Source: Gammaproteobacteria bacterium (GTDB lineage: Bacteria > Pseudomonadota > Gammaproteobacteria > Eutrophobiales > Eutrophobiaceae). Taken from it: a DNA stretch of 64,000 nucleotides. Every line of letters starts with the position of its first letter. The first letter of the stretch is position 1. This document shows positions 19,574 through 30,034 of this stretch, in pieces. The DNA is taken from NCBI GenBank assembly GCA_965222155.1, contig CBDCTH010000012.1:2176001-2240000 (forward strand). Direction: 5' to 3'. Under the pieces are notes generated by a model. The model did no database searches, was not told where the DNA came from, and was given only the letters and a program-made list of their open reading frames with translations. The position numbers and the translations under genes are program-made.

Positions 19574-20323
19574 ATGCCTGATACCGGTAACAGTGACATC
19601 ATTCAGATAGAGAATCTGAATAAATGGTATGGCGAGTTCCACGTTCTGAAGGACATCAACCTCCGGGTCAGTACCGGTGAGAAGATCGTCATATGCGGAC
19701 CTTCCGGTTCGGGTAAATCCACTCTGATCCGGTGTATTAACGCGCTGGAAAACTATCAATCGGGCTCGTTGACCGTCCAAGGCGTGGCGTTGACCGACAA
19801 CAAAGATATCCGCGCAGTGCGTGAAGATATCGGCATGGTATTCCAGCAGTTTAATTTATTTCCTCATTTAACCGTTTTGGAAAATCTGGTCCTGGCCCCG
19901 GTCAGGGTACGGAAAACCAGCGAAAAAGAAGCGGAAGAACTGGCCATGTATTATTTGAATAAGGTAAAGATGCCGGAGTACACCCATAAATACCCGGCGC
20001 AATTGTCCGGTGGTCAGCAACAACGGGTGGCTATCGCACGGGCATTATGTATGAAGCCCAAAATCATGCTGTTCGATGAACCAACGTCTGCCCTGGACCC
20101 GGAAATGATCGGCGAGGTACTGGAAACCATGACGGGACTGGCCGCCTCCGGCATGACCATGTTATGCGTCACCCATGAAATGGGGTTCGCCCGGCAAGTG
20201 GCTAACCGGATTATTTTTATGGATGAGGGCCGGATTATAGAACAGGGTACCCCGGATAACTTTTTCAACAACCCCGCATCGGAGCGGCTTAAAGTATTCT
20301 TGAGCCAGATATTGCGCCATTAG
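19574..20323 (+). CDS. aapP: Polar amino acid ABC transporter ATP-binding protein (AapP/BztD-like)
   Basis: [62 protein letters not shown]. Confidence 0.85.
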   Translation: MPDTGNSDIIQIENLNKWYGEFHVLKDINLRVSTGEKIVICGPSGSGKSTLIRCINALENYQSGSLTVQGVALTDNKDIRAVREDIGMVFQQFNLFPHLTVLENLVLAPVRVRKTSEKEAEELAMYYLNKVKMPEYTHKYPAQLSGGQQQRVAIARALCMKPKIMLFDEPTSALDPEMIGEVLETMTGLAASGMTMLCVTHEMGFARQVANRIIFMDEGRIIEQGTPDNFFNNPASERLKVFLSQILRH

Positions 20324-20329
20324 ATTAGC

Positions 20330-21949
20330 TCATTTCGGGACTGCGCATTCAAAATTTTCATGTGCGTTGATACTGCCTGACCCAAGATAACGGGAAACCC
20401 GGGGATAGGCACACAACGGGCGCGATCGGTTGACACTTCCCTGCTCGATTCGGTAACCAGTAAGATCTTTTGGTATAACACCACCCTCCACCCAGTTAAT
20501 CAGCGGGGTCATCAAATCGAACCGGTCTATATTCACCCCGCCCGCACAATGGTGCATGCCCGGTATCAGGTAAAGCTGGAGAAACTTCGATACGTCAGCG
20601 CCGGACAGCGCGGCTACTTGTTCGAAATACTCGACAGTCGACAGGGGATTGATACCAAAATCAGCCCAGCCATGGTAAATGATCATTTTTCCTCCACGTT
20701 CGTGGAAAGGTCTGAGATCGGGATTTGTCGCGTTGAAAATTCGACCGGATTGCTCCGTTCGCACAAAGTCCCGTTCAGGATCCAGCGTTTTCCAATCCAG
20801 TTCACTGTCATCCGTTTCAAACGCGAAATGCCGGAACCAGGATTCAACAATCGACTGCTGTCCTAACCTGCCTTGACTGTCAGGGACTACGCGCCCTTCC
20901 CATGCCGATTGCGGTGCTATGGGCGTAAAGGTACCGTCAACATAGGCGAGACCCGGAAACTCCCCGCCAGTGACAATTCCGGGGTAGATTTCCGCATCTC
21001 CGATGTAGGTCGGCCCGTAGATAACAGACAACACCTTGATTTCATCATTGGTAAAACCCTGGCGTTCCGTACTCGCGCGCGGTAAATCCCGTTGCGGGTC
21101 GAAATCCACGGCGAGAGGATTGCCAATCACGCTATCCATTATACCATCGGTCTCATCGAACAACCTGAGGACAAGGTCGCCAAGCATCTTAAGCTTTTCC
21201 CGGGATAAAGGTGATTCAACTATCGCCTTCTGGTTCTTCCAATACTGCCAAATCATCTCCCTGAGACTGAAGACAGGCGCACCGGCCAGGATGCCGTCAA
21301 AGTCAGCAGGGAAACGTTGCGCTTCATTAAATCCCTGTAAGCCACCGGTTGAGCAACCGTCAAAATAGGAATAATCAGGACCTTTCCCGTAATGTGCCGT
21401 GGCAAGTTTTTTTACCGCTACGGCTGTCAGGTGGACTGCACGGAACCCGAAATCCATCTCTTTTTGAAGATTGTTGTATGCCCAACTACCACCGGGCTGT
21501 GACGCAGCGTCGTGGCCGGTGTTTGTAAACGCCAGCACGAATCCATGCCGGACTGCTCTCAGCCGAGCAAGGTGGCCGACCTCATCATCGAGCGATTCGC
21601 CTCCATAACCCCCATTGCCAGGCATGTAAAATCGACCATTCCAGCGGGTCGGCAGGTAAACAATATACTGAACTTCAGGACTGATGATTCCACGTACTAC
21701 GCACATCTCCGTCCCTGTTGATATCAGGACAGCAGATAAAACGCTGCTATCCGGGTCTGACAGGTTGATGAGAGCACGACAGGCTATCCGGGAATGTTGT
21801 GTTGCCGGTATCGTGTAATCAATACGGGATTCTCTTGCATCAAGGAAACTTGAGCCGTTTGCGGTAGGACTCGCCAATGCGGCAGGCGCAGTAAATACCG
21901 CTGTAAGCACTACCGTAGTAAACTGCCTGATAAGACTGTTGTGGAACAT
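20330..21949 (-). CDS. Secreted tannase/feruloyl esterase family hydrolase
   Basis: Signal peptide; WNGRF..GNGG, GCSTGG (Ser), DFDGILAGAP, YHGWAD (Asp), PGMHHCAGG (His), RPLCAYP. Confidence 0.92.
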   Translation of the reverse strand: MFHNSLIRQFTTVVLTAVFTAPAALASPTANGSSFLDARESRIDYTIPATQHSRIACRALINLSDPDSSVLSAVLISTGTEMCVVRGIISPEVQYIVYLPTRWNGRFYMPGNGGYGGESLDDEVGHLARLRAVRHGFVLAFTNTGHDAASQPGGSWAYNNLQKEMDFGFRAVHLTAVAVKKLATAHYGKGPDYSYFDGCSTGGLQGFNEAQRFPADFDGILAGAPVFSLREMIWQYWKNQKAIVESPLSREKLKMLGDLVLRLFDETDGIMDSVIGNPLAVDFDPQRDLPRASTERQGFTNDEIKVLSVIYGPTYIGDAEIYPGIVTGGEFPGLAYVDGTFTPIAPQSAWEGRVVPDSQGRLGQQSIVESWFRHFAFETDDSELDWKTLDPERDFVRTEQSGRIFNATNPDLRPFHERGGKMIIYHGWADFGINPLSTVEYFEQVAALSGADVSKFLQLYLIPGMHHCAGGVNIDRFDLMTPLINWVEGGVIPKDLTGYRIEQGSVNRSRPLCAYPRVSRYLGSGSINAHENFECAVPK

Positions 21950-22006
21950 TTTACGCTTCCGGCGAACCTGTTTGATGTCTGACTCAATTCAACTGCAAAG
22001 TGAAAC

Positions 22007-23317
22007 TTACAGTAATTTCCACTCCTTACCGCCTGGATATGCATAATCTTCCAGGCTTTTGGATCGTATCCGGATACTGTAACCCGGCGCCATTGGCACC
22101 GAATAACGCCCATTTCTTACCACGCAGGGATCTAAAAAATGCTCGTGTAGATGATCCACGTACTCTATTACACGGTTTTCCATTGTTCCGGAGATACGGA
22201 TAAAATCGAGCATGGAAAGGTGCTGCACATATTCGCACAGGCCAACCCCGCCTGCGTGGGGCCAAACGGGTATCCGGTATTTAGCCGCCAGCAGCAACAC
22301 TGCCAGTACTTCATTTACGCCCCCCAGACGGCAACTGTCCAATTGACAATAATCAATTGCCTGCGCCTGAAAGAATTGTTTAAACATGATCCTGTTATGA
22401 CAATGTTCACCCGTGGCAACCCCAATTGGTTTAACATTTTCTCGAATCTTCTTATGACCCAACACGTCATCCGGATTAGTCGGTTCTTCAATGAACAAAG
22501 GCCGAAAACACGACAATTTATTTACCCACTCAATAGCCTGATCAACGTCCCATATCTGGTTTGCATCAATCAGGATATGCATACCGTCACCAACGATCTC
22601 CCTGACAATAGTAAGCCTGCGCTGATCATCCGTAAGGTCTTTTCCCACCTTGAATTTCATGTATGTCCAGCCTTGGTCAACACATTTGCGACAAAGTGCG
22701 CGAAGCTTGTCATCATCATAGCCCAACCATCCGGCTGAAGTGGTATACGCGGGATAACCGTTCTGTAAAAGGAATGTTTCCCGGTCATCGCTCCCCTTAC
22801 TTCTTTCCTTCAGAAGACTCAACGCCTGTTCCGGCGTCAGCACATCCGTGATATACCGAAAATCAACACACGCTATTAATTGCTCAGGACTCATGTCAGC
22901 AAGCAGTTTCCACAAAGGCTTATTTTCTACCTTGGCCCAGAGATCCCATACAGCATTTACTATTGCCGCAGTACTCATATGTATGATGCCTTTTTCCGGT
23001 CCTAACCAACGCAGATGACTGTCTCCTGTTATGTACCGCCAAAATCCCGCCATATCATTTGCGATAGAGTCCAGTTTTTTCCCGACGACACGCGCTGATA
23101 ACAAATCGATTGCGGCGAGGCAGAGATCATTTCCGCGACCGATGGTAAACGTCATTCCACAGCCTTCCAGGCCGGCTTGATCGGTTTCCAAAACGACATA
23201 AGCCGCTGAATAATCCGGAGCGGAATTCATCGCATCAGAACCATCTGCGTAACGCGAAGTGGGGAATCTCAAATCTACGGTTCTGGCTCCAGTAATCCTG
23301 ATCGATAATTTTCCCAC
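22007..23317 (-). CDS. L-fuconate dehydratase (enolase superfamily, ENOSF1/rTS-like)
   Basis: DLRFPTS..DGSDAMN..PDYSAAYV, FTIGRGN, WLGPEKG, YTTSAGWLGY, PHAGGVGLCEYVQHL. Confidence 0.9.
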   Translation of the reverse strand: MGKLSIRITGARTVDLRFPTSRYADGSDAMNSAPDYSAAYVVLETDQAGLEGCGMTFTIGRGNDLCLAAIDLLSARVVGKKLDSIANDMAGFWRYITGDSHLRWLGPEKGIIHMSTAAIVNAVWDLWAKVENKPLWKLLADMSPEQLIACVDFRYITDVLTPEQALSLLKERSKGSDDRETFLLQNGYPAYTTSAGWLGYDDDKLRALCRKCVDQGWTYMKFKVGKDLTDDQRRLTIVREIVGDGMHILIDANQIWDVDQAIEWVNKLSCFRPLFIEEPTNPDDVLGHKKIRENVKPIGVATGEHCHNRIMFKQFFQAQAIDYCQLDSCRLGGVNEVLAVLLLAAKYRIPVWPHAGGVGLCEYVQHLSMLDFIRISGTMENRVIEYVDHLHEHFLDPCVVRNGRYSVPMAPGYSIRIRSKSLEDYAYPGGKEWKLL

Positions 23318-23339
23318 GGGAACCGGTAACCAGGTGATG

Positions 23340-24524
23340 TTAAATATAAGAACGTTGCGCCAGATTTTTCATTAATGCACTAATGCCGAACTTCCAATCA
23401 CTTACCTCATCCGTGTGCTGGACCTGATTTACTAACATACCAAGCCGGGATGATGAAATTCGAACGATATCACCGACCTTGTGGGTAAAGTCGTCAACCT
23501 CTCCATCTCGCCCATGATTAAATGATGACATTACACCTAACATCAATGCTACACCATCGGGATAACTATTGTACGGACCAATGCACTGCCCCACTATGTC
23601 AGTTATATCTCTGCGGATATTACTCATCGTATTTTTGTTCCGCATAATTTTTCCATCCAGCCCTTCCACTTCCAGCTGTACGTCCAGATTGCGCACATCA
23701 TCAAGCGTAAATGACTTATCCAGCAGTCGGATAAATGATCCCAACGCACAGGCAGCATTATTATCTTTGGCCTTACCCAGCAGCAATGCACTACGCCCTT
23801 CAATATCGCGATGATTTACATCATTACCGAGTGTTACTCCAACAACCAGTCCCTTACTGTTTATCAATAGAGTTATTTCTGACTCCGGGTTATTCCAGTC
23901 CGAGGTAGGCAACACTCCGATTTGCGACTCCGTTCCAACACTGGCGAGTGGAGATGCTTTAGTAAAGATTTCAGCATCGGGACCCAACCCGACTTCCAGA
24001 TATTGTGACCAAAGTTTTTTCTCCTTTAACAGTGCCAATAACTCCAGCGCCTGTTTGGAACCCGGTTTAACTGTATTGAAATCAGCACCCACCTTTTCCA
24101 ATAACTCTCTCCTGATGAGTAATGCCTTCTCTTTGTTGCCTTCCGCTCGCTCCTCGATAATTCGTTCGACCAGACTATCGTGAAATGTCACACCACATGC
24201 TTTTACCGGTTGCAGATCAATCGGCGAAATAAAATAGGGTTTACTGTAATCGCGCTCAGTTATGAGTGTATTCGCCGCTATTTCACCAAACGTTGCGATA
24301 AACATTCCACCTGTAACGGAATTAACTACATCTGCAGGATTGTCTTGATTAATAAGATCAGATATCGTAGGAATTCGTGCCGTCAGGTCATAAACTGCAC
24401 TCCCGGTGACCCGGACTACGGAAGGTCCTCCCGGGTTGTTTTCTTTACCCGGCAACCAGACCCGGCCAACCAGTCCCGCTTCTGCATGATCTTCAGGCAG
24501 CAGATTTGTTAAGTCATCCACCAA
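23340..24524 (-). CDS. Fumarylacetoacetate hydrolase family protein (2-keto-3-deoxy sugar-acid dehydratase-like)
   Basis: PIDLQPVKACGVTF, WSQYLEVGLGPDAEIFTK, WNNPESE, LGNDVN.RDIEGRSALLLGKAKDNNA. Confidence 0.85.
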   Translation of the reverse strand: MVDDLTNLLPEDHAEAGLVGRVWLPGKENNPGGPSVVRVTGSAVYDLTARIPTISDLINQDNPADVVNSVTGGMFIATFGEIAANTLITERDYSKPYFISPIDLQPVKACGVTFHDSLVERIIEERAEGNKEKALLIRRELLEKVGADFNTVKPGSKQALELLALLKEKKLWSQYLEVGLGPDAEIFTKASPLASVGTESQIGVLPTSDWNNPESEITLLINSKGLVVGVTLGNDVNHRDIEGRSALLLGKAKDNNAACALGSFIRLLDKSFTLDDVRNLDVQLEVEGLDGKIMRNKNTMSNIRRDITDIVGQCIGPYNSYPDGVALMLGVMSSFNHGRDGEVDDFTHKVGDIVRISSSRLGMLVNQVQHTDEVSDWKFGISALMKNLAQRSYI

Positions 24525-24562
24525 ATGACCTTATTCCTCGCAACAAGGCTCTTTCTCTTTTC

Positions 24563-26908
24563 CTATTCCCAGGTATAAGTCGCTTTTAAACCGACCTGTC
24601 GAGGATGAGGCCTTACATTGACGCCATTCAGTCGAAATCCGTATCGTGCGCCGGTGAAATAATCTTCCTCGAGTACGTTATCAGCATAGGCAATTAAACG
24701 CCAGTTCTTGACCTGGACCCCCGCTCGAAGGTTCAGTACATCGTATGAAGGCACAACAAACGGGTATGTGTCTCCGTCGTTTTCGATAAAACCTAGAACA
24801 GCGGGATCGGTGATCCTGAAGAAATAACCGTCAAGGTTCGGAACGACCTCGTCACGATAAAACCATTCAAGTCGGATATAGCCCTCATAGCCCATGAGCG
24901 GAAATCGCTGCTCGCCATAAAAACTCGCGGTCCATTCGGCAGCCCCCGGGACCTGCTCCCCCGACAAGTCGACAGGACCTATGCCTTGCGGGCGCGCTAT
25001 TCCGGCAAAATCACCGAACGTCGCATCAGTAAACCCAATACCGCCCCCAATCGTCATGTTATCCCATGGTAAGGCAACAAACTCTATTTCTACTCCCTTC
25101 GAGGTAGCCTTTTTCGCGCTCCTGATAAATGTCGCGGTCTCAGTCATGTTGGTTACGGGGTTGACGACGAAAGCGGTATCGTCCACTTGCAGATTTTTCC
25201 AGTCCATGTAAAACAGTGCAGCGTTAACGCGCATCCGATTGTCAAACAGCGTGGCTTTTACACCAAGCTCGTAATTCCAAAGAGTTTCCTTGCCGAAAAA
25301 TGATGGTATGTATTGCCCACCGACTTGTGAGCCCTCGACCTGTGAGCCACCAGGCTTATATCCACGTGACACAGATAAGTAGGACTTTACACTATCCGAC
25401 CAGTCGACGGTGAGCGCAAAGCGTGGAGAAAAGTCATCGGTTTTCGCAGAATTGGCACAGGTAAACGGCACCTCTGCGCCGGGTGACAGGTTTTGTGCGC
25501 ATTGAGTAGTTTCGTTCTCAGAATAACGCCCACCTGCGGTCAGCGTGAAACTATCAGTTACATGCCAGTTTATATCACCGAAAAATGCAAAACTCTCAAC
25601 CTTGGTGGTTTGAAAAAACTGATTCAGTGTAGCCAGAGGCTGGAATATGAAGAATCGCTCCGTATCTGCCGTGATCAGGTTCCTTCGTTCCTGGTTTGAT
25701 TCGAAATAAAAGCCTCCCAATACCCAATCCAAACTCTTACCATTAGACGACAATCGGATCTCTTCGCTCCAGGCATCGGTAGTATCGTTATTTTTGCGAT
25801 TAACAAAATTGCCGTTCACGGCATCAAGATCGAAGCGTGCCTGGTTTTGACTATCCACATAGCCGGTAATGGATTCGATAGTAAACAAGTCTGTTTCGTA
25901 AGTGATGTGACCGCTGAAAATCAGCATATCATTCTCTATTGATTCCGTTTTTCGTTCACCGGCGCCAGCAGTAGATTTGTCAACCTTGTCATCGTTGTCC
26001 GGAAAGCATCCGAGACCGTCATCAATGGCGCCGTCAACACCCGCGGGAATCGGTGCGGGAAAACCCAGGATCCTGACCCCGTTATCCAGCGACAGGAGAG
26101 TTTGGCTGCTGCGCCCAAGTCTACACGTCGGCACCAGTGCAGCGAGGTCCTGTTCTTCGTCCGAGTAGGTGACTTTGGCCTGGATGCGCAGTTCATCCAT
26201 AGGCTCATAACGCGCACTGAACCGGTAGGTCTGGTTGAAACTCCCGCTATCTCCACCTACGGGATCGATGTTCTCGACAACGGCAGGCGTTTCTTCGATT
26301 GAAACGACACCGCGAACGAAGAGATCATCACTAACCGGTGCGTTATAAATTCCCGAAACCGCCCACTGTTCGTGATTACCCACCTCCGCATTCAACTCAC
26401 CCTGTCGCTTTTCATTGGGCGAACGCGTCAGGATATTCAATGCGCCTCCCGTCGCACTCAGGCCGAAGAAAGTGCCCTGAGGCCCCCGCAAAACTTCGAT
26501 CCGTTCGACATCGATGAGTTGTGGGTTAGCAGTTCCCTGCGAAACCGCGCCCAGACTCACTTCATCATAGTAATAACCAATGGCGCTCCCGCCTCCACGA
26601 TTCTCCAGTACGGAAATGTTGTTGACTCCACGAATCGCGATGGCGATGCTACGCTCTCCACGTTGACCTTCCTCTGAAAAAGTCACATTCGGGGTGATTG
26701 ACAGGTAGTCTTGAGCTTCTTTGATGTTCTGAGTATCAATTTCGATTCCCCTGGTGACCGAAACACTTATCGGAACATCATCAAGTGACTGCTGTCTCCG
26801 TTGGGCCGTGACAACAATCTCTTCAAGTATTTGTCGGGACTGGGCAAAAGTACTCGGCACAGCATAGAGCATTGAAATAACCAAAATGATGTTAAGCATT
26901 GTACGCAT
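24563..26908 (-). CDS. TonB-dependent receptor (paralogue of 16843-19302)
   Basis: LEEIVVTAQRRQQSLDDVP, IEVLRGPQGTFFG, ETLWNYELG, LNLRAG, C-terminal YTW. Confidence 0.93.
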   Translation of the reverse strand: MRTMLNIILVISMLYAVPSTFAQSRQILEEIVVTAQRRQQSLDDVPISVSVTRGIEIDTQNIKEAQDYLSITPNVTFSEEGQRGERSIAIAIRGVNNISVLENRGGGSAIGYYYDEVSLGAVSQGTANPQLIDVERIEVLRGPQGTFFGLSATGGALNILTRSPNEKRQGELNAEVGNHEQWAVSGIYNAPVSDDLFVRGVVSIEETPAVVENIDPVGGDSGSFNQTYRFSARYEPMDELRIQAKVTYSDEEQDLAALVPTCRLGRSSQTLLSLDNGVRILGFPAPIPAGVDGAIDDGLGCFPDNDDKVDKSTAGAGERKTESIENDMLIFSGHITYETDLFTIESITGYVDSQNQARFDLDAVNGNFVNRKNNDTTDAWSEEIRLSSNGKSLDWVLGGFYFESNQERRNLITADTERFFIFQPLATLNQFFQTTKVESFAFFGDINWHVTDSFTLTAGGRYSENETTQCAQNLSPGAEVPFTCANSAKTDDFSPRFALTVDWSDSVKSYLSVSRGYKPGGSQVEGSQVGGQYIPSFFGKETLWNYELGVKATLFDNRMRVNAALFYMDWKNLQVDDTAFVVNPVTNMTETATFIRSAKKATSKGVEIEFVALPWDNMTIGGGIGFTDATFGDFAGIARPQGIGPVDLSGEQVPGAAEWTASFYGEQRFPLMGYEGYIRLEWFYRDEVVPNLDGYFFRITDPAVLGFIENDGDTYPFVVPSYDVLNLRAGVQVKNWRLIAYADNVLEEDYFTGARYGFRLNGVNVRPHPRQVGLKATYTWE

Positions 26909-27058
26909 TGGACCCCCCCTATAACAAATACACATTCTGATAAAAAATTAGTTTTCTATGACCAGTTTAGTCACGCTGCACTCTGTCGTCACAAGTAACG
27001 GAACGATTGATTATGTAACAGGAAGGTTGGTTGCAACTACCTCAACTGTATTGACACC

Positions 27059-27095
27059 GTTTCATATAGTGGAAAATGAATATAATATATGAAAC
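27059..27095. promoter_or_regulatory. Candidate operator (inverted repeat GTTTCATATA-N17-TATATGAAAC)
   Basis: Perfect 10-bp arms upstream of the TBDR operon. The same 10-mer recurs at 32693-32702 in the other promoter region of the cluster. Confidence 0.55.
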
Positions 27096-27211
27096 AAGAT
27101 TAGTTCATATTGTAGATGAAATCAATATTTTTGAAGTGGAGTAGTTCAGATTAAGACCAGGATGGACTTGTTCAGAGTTTCCCTGAATATCAATGTGGAG
27201 TTTAAATCTTT

Positions 27212-28219
27212 CTAGGGTGTTCTATAGAGATGGCAACGAACACTTTGTTTGCCGATCATATGTACCTGAGGTTCTTCATTCCTACAGGCAGACCAGGCGG
27301 CAGGGCAGCGCGAAGAAAATCTGCAAGCAGTCAATTTATGGCCGGCGTCAGCGCTGCTTTTTATCTCAATTGGGTCCGGGAGGGATGCTTTCGGTGCTAT
27401 TGACAGCGATGCATCTTTTAGTTCCCGTGTGTAGGGATGAAGGGGCGCATGCAGCACCTGTTCGCAAGGGCCATGTTCGATGATCTGCCCCTGGTACATT
27501 ACTGCAACTTCATCTGCAATAGCATTAGCCACCGCAAGATCATGCGTGATGAACAAGTAAGTCAAATTGAGTGATTCCTGTAAGGCTTTGAGAAGTCCCA
27601 GTATTTGCGCTTGAACAGATACATCAAGCGCTGAGGTCGGTTCATCAAGAAGCACGATTTGCGGGTCAAGTATTAACGCCCGGGCAATCATGATCCTTTG
27701 TTGCTGTCCACCGGACAACAAGTGTGGTTTTCGATCCAGGGTCTTTTTTGGTATTTGAGTCAGTTCCAATAGCCGATCAAGTCTGCGTAGCCGCTCCATC
27801 CGATCTTGCACGGCATGCGTAAGCAGCGGTCCTTCAAGGATCCGTCGTATAGTATGCTTTGGATTGAGCGATCCCGCCGGATCTTGAAATACAGGTTGAA
27901 CCAGTTTTGCAAGTTCCAGGCGCGGAATACTATGCATTGATCGCCCGAACAAAAATATTGAACCCCGGGTTGGCGCCTCAAGTCCTGATAACATTCTAAT
28001 CAATGTCGATTTCCCGCTTCCTGACTCACCGACCAGCGCGACGCAACTTTTCTTCGTGACTTTCAAAGAAAAGCAATCAACGGCGATCAACATTGATCGC
28101 TTTGAAAACAAAGACCCTTTCGAAAGATAGACCTTCGATACTGCTTCACAACGTAAAGCCGGTTCATCTTTTGAGTACTTGATCGGGCTCAACTCAGTCA
28201 TTATCCGTGGGTACTCCAT
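27212..28219 (-). CDS. Oligopeptide/dipeptide ABC ATP-binding protein (OppF/DppF-like)
   Basis: [42 protein letters not shown]-terminal Cys motif. Confidence 0.92.
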   Translation of the reverse strand: MEYPRIMTELSPIKYSKDEPALRCEAVSKVYLSKGSLFSKRSMLIAVDCFSLKVTKKSCVALVGESGSGKSTLIRMLSGLEAPTRGSIFLFGRSMHSIPRLELAKLVQPVFQDPAGSLNPKHTIRRILEGPLLTHAVQDRMERLRRLDRLLELTQIPKKTLDRKPHLLSGGQQQRIMIARALILDPQIVLLDEPTSALDVSVQAQILGLLKALQESLNLTYLFITHDLAVANAIADEVAVMYQGQIIEHGPCEQVLHAPLHPYTRELKDASLSIAPKASLPDPIEIKSSADAGHKLTACRFSSRCPAAWSACRNEEPQVHMIGKQSVRCHLYRTP

Positions 28220-29198
28220 ACCCGGTTAACAAGCATCTGGAATTATGTGCGCTATCAATCTCTCGAAATGGAATCCTGCCCTTTTGACACTCTTCCATCG
28301 CTTGCGTACAACGCTCGGAAAAACGGCATCCCATCATACCTTTTGTATATGACGATACTATCCCCGGAATTGCAGGGGGTATTTTTTGACGAAACCAGGA
28401 TTCGAGTCGAGGCACACACATTAGCAAGGACTGTGTATAAGGGTGTGCAGGATTTTGCAGTACCCCTTGAACTGATCCGGTTTCAATGATTTGGCCGGAG
28501 TACATTACTGCCACGCGGTCGCCGATATGAGTAACAACACCCAGGTCATGGGTGATAAACAATAGTCCTAATTCAAATATTGATTGCAATTCCTGGAATA
28601 GCCGTAAAATTTGAAGCCTCAAGCTTGTATCGAGCGCTGTAGTTGGCTCATCGGCAATCAGCACAGCCGGGTCGCACATCAATGCCGTCGCAATTAGAAT
28701 CCTTTGGCGTTGTCCACCAGACAATTGATGAGGGTATTGGCTAAGTCTCAGAACCGGATCACCAATTCCGACTCGTTCAAGCAGATATTCTGCCTTTTCA
28801 CTGGCTTCGCGTCGCGACCCTTTGTCATGGTGAATGAATCCTTCTGTCATTTGCCTCCTGATTGTCAGTAAAGGATTGAGAGCATTCATGGGATCCTGAA
28901 ATACTGCGCTTATTCGGTCGCCCCTGAGAGTTGAGAAAGGGGGCGCGCTGCTACTGGTCATATTAATGCCGTCAATTAACAATCCCTTCATGAATACCTG
29001 GCAGGGATCGGGACATAATCCCAGCAAGGAAAGTGCTGTCATGGACTTCCCACAGCCTGACTCACCCACCAGGCAAAGCGTCTCCCCCCGGGAGATTGTA
29101 AAACTGACATCATCAACCAACATTAATTGTTGTTCACCCTCTTTTACCTCAACCGAGAGAGCATTCAATTCCAGGACATTGGGAGAAAATTGCGTCAT
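28194..29198 (-). CDS. Oligopeptide/dipeptide ABC ATP-binding protein (OppD/DppD-like)
   Basis: GESGCGKS, FQDPMNALNP, YPHQLSGGQRQR, ADEPTTALD. Confidence 0.92.
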   Translation of the reverse strand: MTQFSPNVLELNALSVEVKEGEQQLMLVDDVSFTISRGETLCLVGESGCGKSMTALSLLGLCPDPCQVFMKGLLIDGINMTSSSAPPFSTLRGDRISAVFQDPMNALNPLLTIRRQMTEGFIHHDKGSRREASEKAEYLLERVGIGDPVLRLSQYPHQLSGGQRQRILIATALMCDPAVLIADEPTTALDTSLRLQILRLFQELQSIFELGLLFITHDLGVVTHIGDRVAVMYSGQIIETGSVQGVLQNPAHPYTQSLLMCVPRLESWFRQKIPPAIPGIVSSYTKGMMGCRFSERCTQAMEECQKGRIPFREIDSAHNSRCLLTGYGVPTDND

Positions 29199-30034
29199 TA
29201 TGCGCGTCCGGATAGTTGGAACCCGTTACCAATCAAATTGATGCCAAGTACCAGCAGACATATCGCTAATCCTGGTAAAACAACCAAATGCGGCAGGAAA
29301 AAGAATAAATCCCGGGCTTCTGCCACCATTAACCCCCAGGATGCTGATGGCGGCTGCACACCTAATCCAAGGAAAGATAGTGCAGCCTCCACAAGGATTG
29401 CATGTGCCATTTCAATGGTTGATATGGCAAACACCTGCATACCGACATTCGGCAGGACCTCGCGTGCTATCACTTGCAAATGAGATGCACCGGTTGCACG
29501 AGCCGCAAGGATGAATTGCCTGGCTCGAAGCTGTTGGGTTGCAGCACGAATAACGACTGCAAACCTGTCCCAAAACAGTAGTCCGAGTACCAGTGCCGCG
29601 GTAATAAACGAGCCGCCTGTAATCGAGACTATCGCTAATGTAACCAAAACGACAGGAAGACTCAGCCGCGTCGTAATTATGAACATAATGAAAGCATCAA
29701 TACGCCCGCCAAAATACCCTCCGATCAATCCCAGCAATATTCCGATCGGCGCTGAGATTGCGACGACAATCACCGCGATGGAGATTGAAATACGTCCCCC
29801 GTAAATCAATCTGCTGAGATAATCGCGGCCAAAACCATCTGTTCCAAATGGATGCGACCAATGACCGGCACCTGACCAAACAGGCGGCTGAAGACGTATA
29901 ACCAGATCCTGGGCATATGGATCATAAGGAGCGATCCAAGGCGCCAAGACTGCAATTGTGATTATTAAGGCGACAAGACAAAGCCCGATTTTAAGCTGGA
30001 ATGTTAATTTTTGAGGTTGTTTCAGGTCAGTCAT
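29198..30034 (-). CDS. Peptide ABC permease (OppC/DppC-like)
   Basis: HPFGTDGFGRD.LSRLIYGGR, EAALSFLGLG.QPP..SWG. Confidence 0.92.
   Translation of the reverse strand: MTDLKQPQKLTFQLKIGLCLVALIITIAVLAPWIAPYDPYAQDLVIRLQPPVWSGAGHWSHPFGTDGFGRDYLSRLIYGGRISISIAVIVVAISAPIGILLGLIGGYFGGRIDAFIMFIITTRLSLPVVLVTLAIVSITGGSFITAALVLGLLFWDRFAVVIRAATQQLRARQFILAARATGASHLQVIAREVLPNVGMQVFAISTIEMAHAILVEAALSFLGLGVQPPSASWGLMVAEARDLFFFLPHLVVLPGLAICLLVLGINLIGNGFQLSGRA

Noticed and set aside
27051-27086. Perfect TTGACA and TATAAT on the plus strand
   Set aside because: Spacing is 24 bp and the orientation points into the 3' end of an antisense gene.
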